Notes: generated from the letters alone by a model not told the origin. 64,000 nt of DNA from an uncultured Solirubrobacterales bacterium (GCA_963726985.1 CAVSEF010000001.1:9855-73854), one strand, 5' to 3'. Positions 1 to 13,521 are shown, counted from the first letter of the stretch. Numbers and translations: made by a program.

Positions 1-1131
1 GACGCGCTCTCCTACGAGCAGATCGCCCACGCGATGGAGACGACCGTGCCATCCGTCAAGTCGCTGCTCGTTCGCGCCCGCATCTCCCTCGCCGAGGCAG
101 CCGAGGCGCGCCAGCTCAGCTGCGAGCAGGTTCGCCAGGAGCTCGGCGAGGCGGCCGAGGGTCTGAACAAGCTGGGCGCGCCCGCACGCCGGCATGTGCG
201 CGACTGCGAACGCTGCCACGACTTCAAGAAGCATCTGAAGGCCAACAACCACGCCCTCGCCGCGATCTTCCCGGTCGGCCCGCTGTTGATGTTCAAAAAG
301 CTGATTCTCACCAAGCTCGGGTCAACCGCCTCGGCGGGCAGCGCGCACGTCGCCGGGGGGGCCGGGGCGACCGCCGGGGCAGCCGGGGCGACCGCGGCCG
401 CTGGTGCCGCGAGCGCCGGCGGAGCGGGCGCCGCCGGCGGCATCCTCACCGCCGGAGCGGGCGCGCTGGCGACCAAGGCGGTTGCCGGACTGGCCGCCGC
501 CGCGCTCGTCACCGCGGGCGCCGTCGCGGCGGAACACAACGGCCATGCGGCCCGCCACCACCACACCGCTTCCGTGAACACGGTCGGTGTATCCGCGGCG
601 AGCCCCGCCGCGCTGCCGGTCGTCGTTCGCGCCAAGGCCCAGCCGATCAGCTCCGCCGCCGGCGCCGTCGCCTCGGTCGCCACCGTCACCCATCGCACCC
701 GGCACCATGCGATCGCCGGCAAGGCCAAGACCGCTCTGCCGCCCGCCGCTGTGACGCCATCCACCGCGAACGACAACGCGCCCGTCGCCGTGGTCGACCC
801 GCCGGCCAAGCCCGTGCCGACCAGACCGATACCGGCGCCGGTCACGCAGGTCACGACCGAGACCACCGAACTTCCCGCGGCGGCCACCGAACAGCCTCAG
901 CCGAGCACGCCGGCCGTGCCTGTGACACCGCCGGCGGCGAGCGAAGAAGCCGCGGCGCAGCCCGCTCCGCCGGTGACGACCCCCAGCGAAGAACCGGCTG
1001 CCGTCACGCCGCCGAGCACGGGCGAAGCAAGCGAAGGAGCACCCGTCGCACAGACCGCACCGGGCACGGGACCGGGCGAGGCCGAACAGACCGGCGGCAC
1101 TCCCGCTCCGCCGGTGACAAGCGGCGGCTGA
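1..1131 (+). CDS. ECF-type sigma-70 family factor, 3' part (5' end lies outside the window), fused to a zf-HC2 (ZAS) anti-sigma-like segment, a TM-like Ala/Gly stretch and a Pro/Ala/Thr-rich tail
   Basis: Frame 1 is open from base 1. DALSYEQIAHAMETTVPSVKSLLVRARISL looks like a sigma region 4.2 HTH. It is followed without a stop by RHVRDCERCHDF (H-x3-C-x2-C). The listed ORF 34..1131 is the same frame. Confidence 0.75.
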   Translation, partial: DALSYEQIAHAMETTVPSVKSLLVRARISLAEAAEARQLSCEQVRQELGEAAEGLNKLGAPARRHVRDCERCHDFKKHLKANNHALAAIFPVGPLLMFKKLILTKLGSTASAGSAHVAGGAGATAGAAGATAAAGAASAGGAGAAGGILTAGAGALATKAVAGLAAAALVTAGAVAAEHNGHAARHHHTASVNTVGVSAASPAALPVVVRAKAQPISSAAGAVASVATVTHRTRHHAIAGKAKTALPPAAVTPSTANDNAPVAVVDPPAKPVPTRPIPAPVTQVTTETTELPAAATEQPQPSTPAVPVTPPAASEEAAAQPAPPVTTPSEEPAAVTPPSTGEASEGAPVAQTAPGTGPGEAEQTGGTPAPPVTSGG

Positions 1132-1149
1132 GCCGGGCGCTCAGCTCCG

Positions 1150-1791
1150 CTAACCGAACGTGAACGTCTTCAGCGGCTTTTCCAGCACGCCTTCGGTCCC
1201 CACTTCGAGCGGCGACGTGAGCTTCGCGCTCGGCAGGCTGAGCATCTCGATCACCACCCCGTCGCGTGCGCCCGTCCGTTCCGGCAGCAGCAACACGTCG
1301 CGACCGTACATCTCGCGACCTTCGACCGTCGCCGTATAGAGCACGTCGTAGGCGGGCACCGTGTTGACCCGCGTCTTGCCCTCGCCACGCAGCACGAAGC
1401 CGTCGAACCTTCTGCTCAAGCCGACGATGTAGCCGTTGGCGTAGAGCGGCAGCTCACCGCTCAGGCCGCCAGTGTAGGGCGGTAGACGCAGCAAGGAGAC
1501 CGCGTAGGAGTCCTCCAACCGCCCGCGCGCGCGGCGCTCGATCCGTACGATCTCGCCGGGCGCCGGCGTCGTGCGGTAGAGACCTCGGTAGCTGAAGTGA
1601 AACGGCGCCGGGCCACCGTAGGAGAATTTGGCGGGCAAGAGCGTCAAGGCCACCGCGATCGCTAGCACCACAAGTCCACAGCCGGCCGCGATCACCACAC
1701 CCCGCATGACCCTCGGCGCCGCGTTCCAACGAGGCGCCAGCAGGCGGCCGAGCGTCGGCCCGTATTGCGGCTTCAAAGGAACCGTCGCCAC
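1150..1791 (-). CDS. hypothetical membrane-anchored protein
   Basis: This is the 3' part of ORF 1150..2148. It has an in-frame GTG (VATVPLKPQYG...), then a TM helix (VVIAAGCGLVVLAIAVALTLL) and a protein-like ectodomain. The upstream part of the long ORF overlaps the Lrp-like gene and looks non-coding. Confidence 0.55.
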   Translation of the reverse strand: MATVPLKPQYGPTLGRLLAPRWNAAPRVMRGVVIAAGCGLVVLAIAVALTLLPAKFSYGGPAPFHFSYRGLYRTTPAPGEIVRIERRARGRLEDSYAVSLLRLPPYTGGLSGELPLYANGYIVGLSRRFDGFVLRGEGKTRVNTVPAYDVLYTATVEGREMYGRDVLLLPERTGARDGVVIEMLSLPSAKLTSPLEVGTEGVLEKPLKTFTFG

Positions 1792-1805
1792 TGCGCCGGG
1801 CCCTG

Positions 1806-2099
1806 CTATTCGCCGATGGAGAACAGCGACTCGAGATCGTGACGCGAGAAAGCAGCGAAGGCGACCATCGTCTGGGTTCGCGTCACGCCCGCTAGCCCGC
1901 CGATCTCGGCGGTCACGACATCCGCCAGCTGCTCGTGGTCGGGCACGCGCACGATCGCCACGAAATCCCACTCGCCCGTGACCGAGTAGGCCTCCGCCAC
2001 ACCCTCCACATCCGCCAGCGCGCCACCCAAGCTCGAGAGCGCGTCGCGCTCGGCCTCGATCAGCACGACGGCGTTGGTCATCGTCATGACCGCCTCCAT
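1806..2099 (-). CDS. Lrp/AsnC ligand-binding (RAM) domain protein, stand-alone, without an HTH
   Basis: The 97-aa ORF contains ...VVLIEAERDALSSLGGALADVEGVAEAYSVTGEWDFVAIVRVPDHEQLADVV..., typical of the AsnC_trans_reg fold. An alternative start lies at MTMTN (2087). Confidence 0.8.
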   Translation of the reverse strand: MEAVMTMTNAVVLIEAERDALSSLGGALADVEGVAEAYSVTGEWDFVAIVRVPDHEQLADVVTAEIGGLAGVTRTQTMVAFAAFSRHDLESLFSIGE

Positions 2100-2178
2100 C
2101 GCGCCCCGCGCACGGAGCAGCCGGCGGGACGGACCAGCGGCTCGTCACACGGACTGCTCGCCGCCTCGGGGGTGATCG

Positions 2179-2859
2179 TCATGGCGAGTGGGTCTCCCCC
2201 GGCGCCAGCACGACCACCTGTGAGGAGGTGTCTGTCTCGACGTCGCCCTTGAACGCCTGCGCGTCGGTCTCGATCGGCGGGAAGGTGTCGTAGTGACAGG
2301 GGATCACCTCGCGCGCGCCGATCAGCTTCGCCGCCTCGACCGCGTCGTGGCGGTCCATCGTGTAGTGGCCACCGATGCACATCAGCGCCACGTCGATGTG
2401 ATCCTCCCGCTTGGCGATCAGCTGCAGATCGGAGAACAGGGCGGTGTCGCCCAGGTGATAGATCGTCTTGCCGCCGAACTTCACGACCAGGCCGGCCGGC
2501 GTGTTGACGGCGCCCTTCGGCGTGGTCGAGGTGTGCCAGGCCGGAACCAGCTTGACCGAGCCCCAGTCGAACGTCACGGTTCCCCCGAGGTTGGGGTCGT
2601 GGACCTTCTCCAGACCCGCCGCCGAGAGCTCGTTGGCGATCTCCACGATCGCCACCACCTCCGCGCCGGTGCGCGTGGCGATCGCGGCCGTGTCTCCGAG
2701 ATGGTCGCCGTGACCGTGCGTGAGCAGGATCGCGTCCGCGCTCACCTCATCGGCGGTGACCGCCGCCTTCGGATTGCCCGTGAGGAACGGATCGATCAGA
2801 ACCGTGGTGTCTCCGTCGGTCAGCTCGAAGGCCGCGTGGCCAAGGAAGCGGATCTCCAT
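2179..2859 (-). CDS. metal-dependent hydrolase, MBL fold (UPF0173-like)
   Basis: MEIRFLGHAAFEL...LLTHGHGDHLGD...HLGDTALF...CHYDTFP. The start was checked in frame (681 nt). Confidence 0.9.
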   Translation of the reverse strand: MEIRFLGHAAFELTDGDTTVLIDPFLTGNPKAAVTADEVSADAILLTHGHGDHLGDTAAIATRTGAEVVAIVEIANELSAAGLEKVHDPNLGGTVTFDWGSVKLVPAWHTSTTPKGAVNTPAGLVVKFGGKTIYHLGDTALFSDLQLIAKREDHIDVALMCIGGHYTMDRHDAVEAAKLIGAREVIPCHYDTFPPIETDAQAFKGDVETDTSSQVVVLAPGETHSP

Positions 2860-2987
2860 CTTCGTGTTCCTCCTGTATCGACGGTTTCCGTGCGACCCCA
2901 TCATAGGGCCCGTGCGATCACATCTTGGGGGCCTGTTGTTACCGCCCGCGGGCTGATGTGCCACCCGCGAGACGCGAGCGTTGTTCG

Positions 2988-3794
2988 CTAGGTCTCGGAC
3001 GAGTCGAGGCGGTACATGCCGAACCCCAGCACCAGCCCCACCACTGCGCCCGTGACGCCCGCCAGCCAGCTTGCCTCGGGGCGCGCGTATGGCATCGCCA
3101 GCAACAGCGCGGCGATCGCCGCGACACCGAGTAGATCCCCCTCGTAGTAGTTGCCCGCCCGCGCGTCCTTGAGGTCGGGGACCGCCCAGGCGGCTAGCAG
3201 CCCGAGCGCCGCGCCGTTGCCGCCGCTCACGAACGGCTGCGCGTAGACGGCGCTCGCCACCAGCGCCCCCGTCGCTCCCGCACCGAAGAACACCACGAGC
3301 GCCACAACCGGGCCTCGGCGGCGCTCCAGCAGCCACCCGAAGATCGCGACGGCGAGCAGCGTGACGAACGCATACAGCCCGTTCACGTAGGCGAACTGGG
3401 TGCTGAAGAGCTTCCACCAGGCGCCGTTCAGAGGGCCGATGATCATCAGCTTGCCGATGTCCACATAGCCTCCGCGCAACACGACCCAACCCCCGCAACC
3501 GAGCGCCACGAGCGCGATCGTCGCGTAGGGCAGCGAGTCGACCCGCAGGCTCGTCGCGCGAGCGGGGCGGCTGTGCGAGCGCGCCGGCAGCGCTCCAGAC
3601 GTGGACCGCCTGGAGCGGCCAAAGCCAGGCAGGCGCAGGCGTCGCGAGCGCCGCGAGGAGCCATCCTTCTCGCGCGGCAGATCCGGTGCGCGACGGCGCA
3701 AGCGATGACCGCAGTAAGGACACTCGGTGATGTACGGGCTGACCTCCGATCCGCACTGCTTACAGACCACGAACAGATCGGGAGGAGAGGACAT
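2988..3794 (-). CDS. rhomboid-family membrane protein with an N-terminal zinc ribbon; the catalytic Ser/His appear substituted
   Basis: The N-terminus has CKQCGSEVSPYITECPYCGH. It has rhomboid-like TM topology, but the GxSG position reads GGNG and the TM6 His position reads SWLAG. Confidence 0.8.
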   Translation of the reverse strand: MSSPPDLFVVCKQCGSEVSPYITECPYCGHRLRRRAPDLPREKDGSSRRSRRLRLPGFGRSRRSTSGALPARSHSRPARATSLRVDSLPYATIALVALGCGGWVVLRGGYVDIGKLMIIGPLNGAWWKLFSTQFAYVNGLYAFVTLLAVAIFGWLLERRRGPVVALVVFFGAGATGALVASAVYAQPFVSGGNGAALGLLAAWAVPDLKDARAGNYYEGDLLGVAAIAALLLAMPYARPEASWLAGVTGAVVGLVLGFGMYRLDSSET

Positions 3795-3901
3795 CGTCGG
3801 TCCATTCTAAGTGCCTGTCCAGCCTGGCCCTCGGGTACCCGTTCGAGGGGGTTCCGCGTGGCTGCCCCACCCGCGCGACACGCCTTTGAAATACTCAAGC
3901 G

Positions 3902-4819
3902 ATGAAACCAGGCTACGACCAGAAGCTCTACATCCTCGCGTTCGACCACCGCGGGTCATTCCAGACGAAGTTCTTCGGCATCGAGGGCGACCCCGATCCC
4001 GAGCAGACGGCGATGATCGCCGACGCCAAGCACCTGATCTTCGAGGGTCTCCAGCAGGCCGTCGCCGCCGGCGCCGATGCCTCGGTGACCGGCGTGCTCG
4101 TCGACGAGCAGTTCGGCGGCAGTGTCCCGGAGGAAGCACACGCGCAGGGCCTGAAGCTGGCGATGCCCGCCGAGCGCTCGGGGCAGAACATGTTCGACTT
4201 CCAGTACGGCGATGACTTTCCCAAGCACATCGAAAGCTTCGATCCGGACTTCACGAAGGTGCTCGTCCGTTACAACCCGGATGGCGACGCGGCCGAAAAC
4301 AGCGAGCAGCTGGGCAAGCTGAAGCGGCTGTCGGACTGGCTGCACAAAAACGACCGCAAGTTCCTGTTCGAGCTGCTCGTGCCCGCCGAGGAGGCCCAGC
4401 TGCAAGCGGTGGACGGCGACTCCGAGCGCTATGACGCCGAGCTGCGCCCCGAGCTGATGCGCCGCACGATCGCCGCGATCCAGGACGCGAAGATCGAGGT
4501 CGACATCTGGAAGATCGAGGGCGTCGAGGCGCGCTCGGACTGCGAGATGCTCGTCGCCCAGGCCCGCACGGGCGGACGGAACGGCGTGGTGTGCGTCGTC
4601 CTCGGCCGGGGCGCCGATGACGCGAAGGTCGACCAATGGCTCCAGGCGGCCGCCCCCGTCGACGGCTTCGTCGGCTTCGCGATCGGTCGCTCGATCTGGT
4701 GGGAGCCGCTGAAGGCCTACGTCGACGGCAAGATCGACCGCGCCGCCGGAGCACGGAAGATCGCCGAGAACTACCTGCGCTTCGTCGCCGTCTACGAGCG
4801 GGCCAAGACGTCGCCGTGA
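3902..4819 (+). CDS. DUF2090 / 2-deoxy-5-keto-D-gluconate-6-phosphate aldolase-like domain protein
   Basis: 305 aa: KLYILAFDHRGSF...VLVRYNPDGD...FLFELLVP...IWKIEG... The family assignment is from memory of IolC-C/DUF2090-like proteins. Confidence 0.75.
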   Translation: MKPGYDQKLYILAFDHRGSFQTKFFGIEGDPDPEQTAMIADAKHLIFEGLQQAVAAGADASVTGVLVDEQFGGSVPEEAHAQGLKLAMPAERSGQNMFDFQYGDDFPKHIESFDPDFTKVLVRYNPDGDAAENSEQLGKLKRLSDWLHKNDRKFLFELLVPAEEAQLQAVDGDSERYDAELRPELMRRTIAAIQDAKIEVDIWKIEGVEARSDCEMLVAQARTGGRNGVVCVVLGRGADDAKVDQWLQAAAPVDGFVGFAIGRSIWWEPLKAYVDGKIDRAAGARKIAENYLRFVAVYERAKTSP

Positions 4820-4821
4820 GG

Positions 4822-5055
4822 ATGCGGCAGAGCCTTGGCGAGCTCGAGCGGGCTTTCGTCAAAGAGATCTCGCTCGAGCGCCGCCGCCGCGACTCGCTGC
4901 AGCGAAGCACCGAGAAGCGGGCGCACAAACGCGAGGTGGACCGCCGTCACAAGCGCGGCTCTGTGCGCTTCGTCCTGCTCGTCCTCACGCTGATCGCGAC
5001 TGCGGTGATCGTCACCGTGGTGATGTTCCGCACGCTCTACGTACTACTAGGCTGA
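4822..5055 (+). CDS. small tail-anchored membrane protein (hypothetical)
   Basis: An ATG lies 3 nt after the upstream stop. The 77-aa product has a basic coiled N-terminus and a C-terminal TM (FVLLVLTLIATAVIVTVVMF). Its 3' end overlaps the csrA 3' end by 19 nt. Confidence 0.45.
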   Translation: MRQSLGELERAFVKEISLERRRRDSLQRSTEKRAHKREVDRRHKRGSVRFVLLVLTLIATAVIVTVVMFRTLYVLLG

Positions 5056-5291
5056 GAACCTTCGCCCAGTTCCTGCAGGGCCTCTCCGACCTCAGCGCGG
5101 AGGTCCTGCTCGGTCGCGCCCTCGCCGTCTTTGCGGTGGATCTCCAGGTAGATCTCCGTGCGGAACACCGGGACCTCCTGCGGGGCCTGGATACCGATGC
5201 GCACCTTGTCGCCCATCACGGACAGGACCGACACCTCGACATCGTCCCCGATCATGATGCTCTGATTGGACTTGCGCGTCAGGACCAGCAT
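5037..5291 (-). CDS. csrA: carbon storage regulator CsrA
   Basis: MLVLTRKSNQSIMIGDDVEVSVLSVMGDKVRIGIQAPQEVPVFRTEIY is a near-canonical CsrA core. The product is 84 aa with an acidic tail. Confidence 0.9.
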   Translation of the reverse strand: MLVLTRKSNQSIMIGDDVEVSVLSVMGDKVRIGIQAPQEVPVFRTEIYLEIHRKDGEGATEQDLRAEVGEALQELGEGSQPSST

Positions 5292-5460
5292 TTGGTGCAC
5301 CTTCCTCGTTGCCATCGGGCAATCGGCCCGCTTGCCCCCGCAGCCGATGGCGTAGCATAGTCCGAGGGCCGGGAGAAAGCGAGTCAGATGTGTCCAAACC
5401 TCCCGCGCGGGCGATGCCAAACCTCCCGATCGCACGATGCGCTAGTCTCCCGGACCGCTC

Positions 5461-6033
5461 ATGGCTCGTAGATCACTGCGCCCACATTTGAACCAGATCC
5501 GCGTCTGGGTACGGCAAGGCCGTACCGACGCCTGGGTTGCCCACCAGCTGGAAGTCAGCGTGCAGGACATCGAGCAGTTCAAGCGCCAGAACGAGCTTTC
5601 CAGCGAAGGGGACGCCGCCACAGGCCCAGGCGCCGATTTCGAGGAGATCGATCTCCGCGCCGAGGACGACGCGCTGATCGCCGCCGAGCTGGAGGCGGCT
5701 GAGATCGAGGCCGAGCGCCTGAAGGCGGAAGCTCCTCCGGAGGATGAGCAGGATGACGAGGACGGAGCGGATACGGATACCGATCAGCAAGACGCCCCCA
5801 AACGCCGCCGCAGCCGGCGCGGTGGTCGCGGACGCCGCACGGGACGGGGCGCCGGCCCCCTCGAAGGCACCTTCGACCATGGCGAGGAGGGCTACGGCCT
5901 GTGGCTCGACCCAGCCGTCCAGGACAACCCGATCTACGCCGAGCACTGGGCAGGCCAACGTACGATCGAGGTCCTGATCGAAGAGGACCGCATCGTCATC
6001 CGCCGCACCAGCAGCGACTCAACCGACGCCTAG
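5461..6033 (+). CDS. hypothetical protein (N-terminal HTH-like segment, acidic linker, RRSRRGGRGRR patch)
   Basis: 190-aa ORF with an ATG start and protein-like composition at both ends. I do not recognise a family. Confidence 0.6.
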   Translation: MARRSLRPHLNQIRVWVRQGRTDAWVAHQLEVSVQDIEQFKRQNELSSEGDAATGPGADFEEIDLRAEDDALIAAELEAAEIEAERLKAEAPPEDEQDDEDGADTDTDQQDAPKRRRSRRGGRGRRTGRGAGPLEGTFDHGEEGYGLWLDPAVQDNPIYAEHWAGQRTIEVLIEEDRIVIRRTSSDSTDA

Positions 6034-6356
6034 GCGTTTACCTCTCGGCGGCCTCCGGCATAGTCGGAGGCCTCGCGCAGGTACCTCCCGAAGGCGGCAT
6101 CGACGACGATGCCCGAGTCCCATGCCCAGGGAGCGTCCGGAGCCTCGTTCATCGCCGCCTGCAGGCACCAGGCGGTGCCTTGCACGTACAGGTCAACCAG
6201 CTCCTGTGCCGAGAACCTTCCGCCCAGGCGCCTGCGCAGCTCGGCGACGAGCGTTTCGGTGACCCGCTCCAGCAAGGCCCCGCGCACGGCCGGAGCGGCG
6301 CGCAGCCGGCGCTCGCCCTGCTGCCACTGGTAGATCGCGTTCTCGAACCCCGACAC
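6030..6356 (-). CDS. hypothetical conserved protein
   Basis: 108-aa ORF with codon usage consistent with its neighbours. It converges on 5461..6033 with a 4-nt overlap. Confidence 0.55.
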   Translation of the reverse strand: MSGFENAIYQWQQGERRLRAAPAVRGALLERVTETLVAELRRRLGGRFSAQELVDLYVQGTAWCLQAAMNEAPDAPWAWDSGIVVDAAFGRYLREASDYAGGRREVNA

Positions 6357-6377
6357 TTCGGGCGAGGCTAGCAGCGG

Positions 6378-6704
6378 TCAGTTATTGGGCAGGTTGCTGA
6401 TGATGTACGGCCGCTCGCCGTGCTTCATCAAGCCCAGCTTGCGCGCTTGCGCTTCCACGGCGCCGGGGCTGCCAAGCGCTTCGTGCTGGCGCTGTAGCAC
6501 CCTGTGTTCGCGCTGCATCGCGGCCACCTTCGCACTCTCGCCATGCGCCTCGCGCCACGTGTTGAACAGATGCACTCCAGCGCTCAGGTACAGATACGCG
6601 AGGACGATCAGCACACACAGCATCGCAATCCGGCCCAGCCGGTCCCAGCGAACGCGCGCGGGCGCGGCCCTTGCGCCGCGGGCGGTGGCAGAAGCGGAGG
6701 ACAT
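6378..6704 (-). CDS. septum formation initiator (FtsB/DivIC-like)
   Basis: It has a single N-terminal TM (IAMLCVLIVLAYLYL) followed by a coiled coil. It lies immediately downstream of eno, which is the usual actinobacterial arrangement. Confidence 0.75.
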   Translation of the reverse strand: MSSASATARGARAAPARVRWDRLGRIAMLCVLIVLAYLYLSAGVHLFNTWREAHGESAKVAAMQREHRVLQRQHEALGSPGAVEAQARKLGLMKHGERPYIISNLPNN

Positions 6705-6742
6705 CTCCCTCGCATTCGCCCTCCCGCGCCGGGTTCCTCCCG

Positions 6743-8053
<1,311 letters not shown>

Positions 8054-8104
8054 TCACCGGCTTGACCGGACCGAGCTTGACTCACCGGCGTCACCGGAGC
8101 CGCG

Positions 8105-9316
8105 CTATTTGGTCGTGGGGGCGGGCGCCGTGGTCGTCTGCGCAGGCGTGGTCGTCTGCGGGACGGCGGTGCCGGTGCCGGTGCCAGTGCCAGTGCCAGT
8201 GGATGTCTTGGGCGCTTTGTACTGCTTGCAGTCCATCACCACGAATTCCTCGCGGCAATCCGTCTTGGCCGTCCACGTTTTTTTGAATTCCTTGACGAAC
8301 TTGCTCAGCGCCGCCTGCTGCTGGGTGGCGGTCAGCTGCTGCTTGATCGACGATTCGGCCTGCGCCAGCGTCTGCTGGTTGCCGGGCGTGGTGCTCTTCA
8401 CTTCGTAGATGTAGTAGCCGAAGGGGGTCTTCACGGGGCCGCTCAGCTTGTTGACGGGAGCCGAGAAGATCGCCGTGTTCAGCGCCGCCTCCTCCTGGCC
8501 CTTGACGACTCCGGTCAAGAGGCCGCCCTTGGCCTTGCTCGTCGGGTCGATCGACTTGGCTTTGGCGACGCTCGCGAAGCTCTTGCCCGATTCGATTTCC
8601 TTCTTGGCGGCGAGCGCTTCGGCTTCGGTCTTCGTGAGGATGATCGCCACGCTGCGCTTTTCCGGCGTGCCGAAGTGCGACGTGTTTGCCTTGTAGTACT
8701 TTTCGATTTCGGCCTTGCTGACGGTGCCTTTGCTTTTCGCGATCTTCTGCTGGATTTTCGAAGACAGCATGTTCAGCTTCACGCGCAGCAACAGGTCGGA
8801 GACGGTCTGCCCTGAGGTCGCCAGGAATTTTTCGAATTCGGCCGGCTTCGGGAACTGCTGGTTCTTGATTTTTTCAAATTCTTTCTTGACTTCCGCGTCG
8901 GAGACCTTCACGCCGAGGTTGGAGGCTTCGCCGATCACCCACTCGGATGAGATCAGGAAGCCGAGCACCTCCTGCTTCAGCGAGGTGTACTGCTGTTCGC
9001 ACTCGGACTTCAACTGCGCCTTCGTCGGCTTGGCCTGGCCTTTCGCCGGCTTTGCGGCGGTCGCTTCCAGATGGGCGATGCATTCCGTGTAGTTCGGCGG
9101 AACGGGAATCACCGGCTTGGCAGCTGTTTTACCCGCGGTCGTCGCGCTCGAGGCCGAGGCGACCGTCAGCCAGTGTTCGAACGTGGCCTTCGTGATCGGG
9201 TTGCTGCCGACCTGCACGACCGCGTCGCTGGGAATGCCGCCGCCACACGCCGTGAGGGCGAGCGAGGCAAAGAAAACGGCGCCTAGCGCCGGTATGAAGC
9301 GGGGGGTCTTGAACAC
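8105..9316 (-). CDS. peptidylprolyl isomerase lipoprotein (PrsA/SurA-like parvulin)
   Basis: It has a lipobox (LALTAC), a SurA-like N-domain and a parvulin-like segment (FGYYIYEVK). The C-terminal (TG)5-6 run is encoded by a hexanucleotide microsatellite at ~8168-8200. Confidence 0.85.
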   Translation of the reverse strand: MFKTPRFIPALGAVFFASLALTACGGGIPSDAVVQVGSNPITKATFEHWLTVASASSATTAGKTAAKPVIPVPPNYTECIAHLEATAAKPAKGQAKPTKAQLKSECEQQYTSLKQEVLGFLISSEWVIGEASNLGVKVSDAEVKKEFEKIKNQQFPKPAEFEKFLATSGQTVSDLLLRVKLNMLSSKIQQKIAKSKGTVSKAEIEKYYKANTSHFGTPEKRSVAIILTKTEAEALAAKKEIESGKSFASVAKAKSIDPTSKAKGGLLTGVVKGQEEAALNTAIFSAPVNKLSGPVKTPFGYYIYEVKSTTPGNQQTLAQAESSIKQQLTATQQQAALSKFVKEFKKTWTAKTDCREEFVVMDCKQYKAPKTSTGTGTGTGTGTAVPQTTTPAQTTTAPAPTTK

Positions 9317-9399
9317 GACGCGGGCACTCTAGCGGATCAGCCCTAACTCGTGCATAAAGAAGTTTTGATCATTCCCTAAAGCCGCTCAAACGCGTGCAC

Positions 9400-12816
<3,417 letters not shown>

Positions 12817-12819
12817 CTT

Positions 12820-13470
12820 CTACTCGTGCTCTTCCGCGAGCACCCGCTCGACCGCCGCCACCCCGCGCTCGATCAGCTCGGCCACCTCGGCCTTCGTTTG
12901 GCGCCAGCGCCCCAGCACGTAGCCCGAGACGATCTCCGGGTCGGTGCTGTCGGGGCGGCCGACACCGACCCGCACGCGCATGAACTCCGTGCCGCCGAGC
13001 TCGCGCTTGATCGACTTCAACCCGTTGTGCCCGGCCAATCCGCCACCCAGGCGCGTGCGCACCTCGCCGAACGGCAGGTCGATCTCATCGTGCACGACGA
13101 GCACCCGCTCCAGCGGGAGCTTCAGCGAACCGCGCGCCGGGCCGACCGAGCGCCCGGCGTCGTTCATGTAGGTCTGCGGCGTCAGCACCGCCACGCGCAG
13201 GGGAGTGACCGGACGCTGAGGAGTCGCCGCGGACAACGTGTCGGGGTTGGAGATCCCAGCCGGTGCGCCATCTGAAGGGCCGCCGAGGAGGGACTCGGTG
13301 AACGAGCCGGTGGGAGATAGGCCCGCACGTCCCTCGGCGAGGCGCCCTTTGAAGCGATCCTTCGACCGGCCCAAGCCCCAGCGCTCGACCAGCGCATCGG
13401 CCACATCAAAACCAACATTGTGGGGCGTGCCGGCGTACTCGCCGCCGGGATTGCCGAGCCCGACGATCAG
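12820..13470 (-). CDS. pth: peptidyl-tRNA hydrolase (start codon uncertain and non-canonical)
   Basis: The listed ORF starts at GTG 13404. However, the conserved N-terminus WLIVGLGNPGGEYAGTPHNVGF (which includes the catalytic His) is encoded in frame upstream of it. The only in-frame candidates are CTG 13515, CTG 13470 and ATC 13467. The C-terminal part has HDEIDLPFG...GGHNGLKS. Confidence 0.8.
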   Translation of the reverse strand: MIVGLGNPGGEYAGTPHNVGFDVADALVERWGLGRSKDRFKGRLAEGRAGLSPTGSFTESLLGGPSDGAPAGISNPDTLSAATPQRPVTPLRVAVLTPQTYMNDAGRSVGPARGSLKLPLERVLVVHDEIDLPFGEVRTRLGGGLAGHNGLKSIKRELGGTEFMRVRVGVGRPDSTDPEIVSGYVLGRWRQTKAEVAELIERGVAAVERVLAEEHE

Positions 13471-13521
13471 CCAGTCGACGCTCGCGCCGCCACCACCGCC
13501 AAAGGGGCGTCGCAGCGGTGT

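Noticed and set aside
12-887. 291-aa minus-strand ORF (and the nested 322..708 ORF) antisense to the sigma-factor gene
   Set aside because: It has an Ala/Gly/Arg-rich composition typical of shadow ORFs in ~70% GC DNA. The plus-strand frame has clear sigma region 4 and ZAS motifs.
2179-3756. 525-aa ORF spanning the MBL hydrolase and running antisense or out of frame through the rhomboid gene
   Set aside because: Only the last 226 codons (from MEIRFLGH) are protein-like. The remainder is Arg/Ala-rich and overlaps the well-supported rhomboid frame 2988..3794.
8062-8286. Short ORFs reading the (GGTGCC/AGTGCC) microsatellite as CRCRCQCQCQ or HWHWHWH
   Set aside because: They are alternative-frame readings of the (TG)n tail of the PPIase lipoprotein gene, which is supported over its full length.
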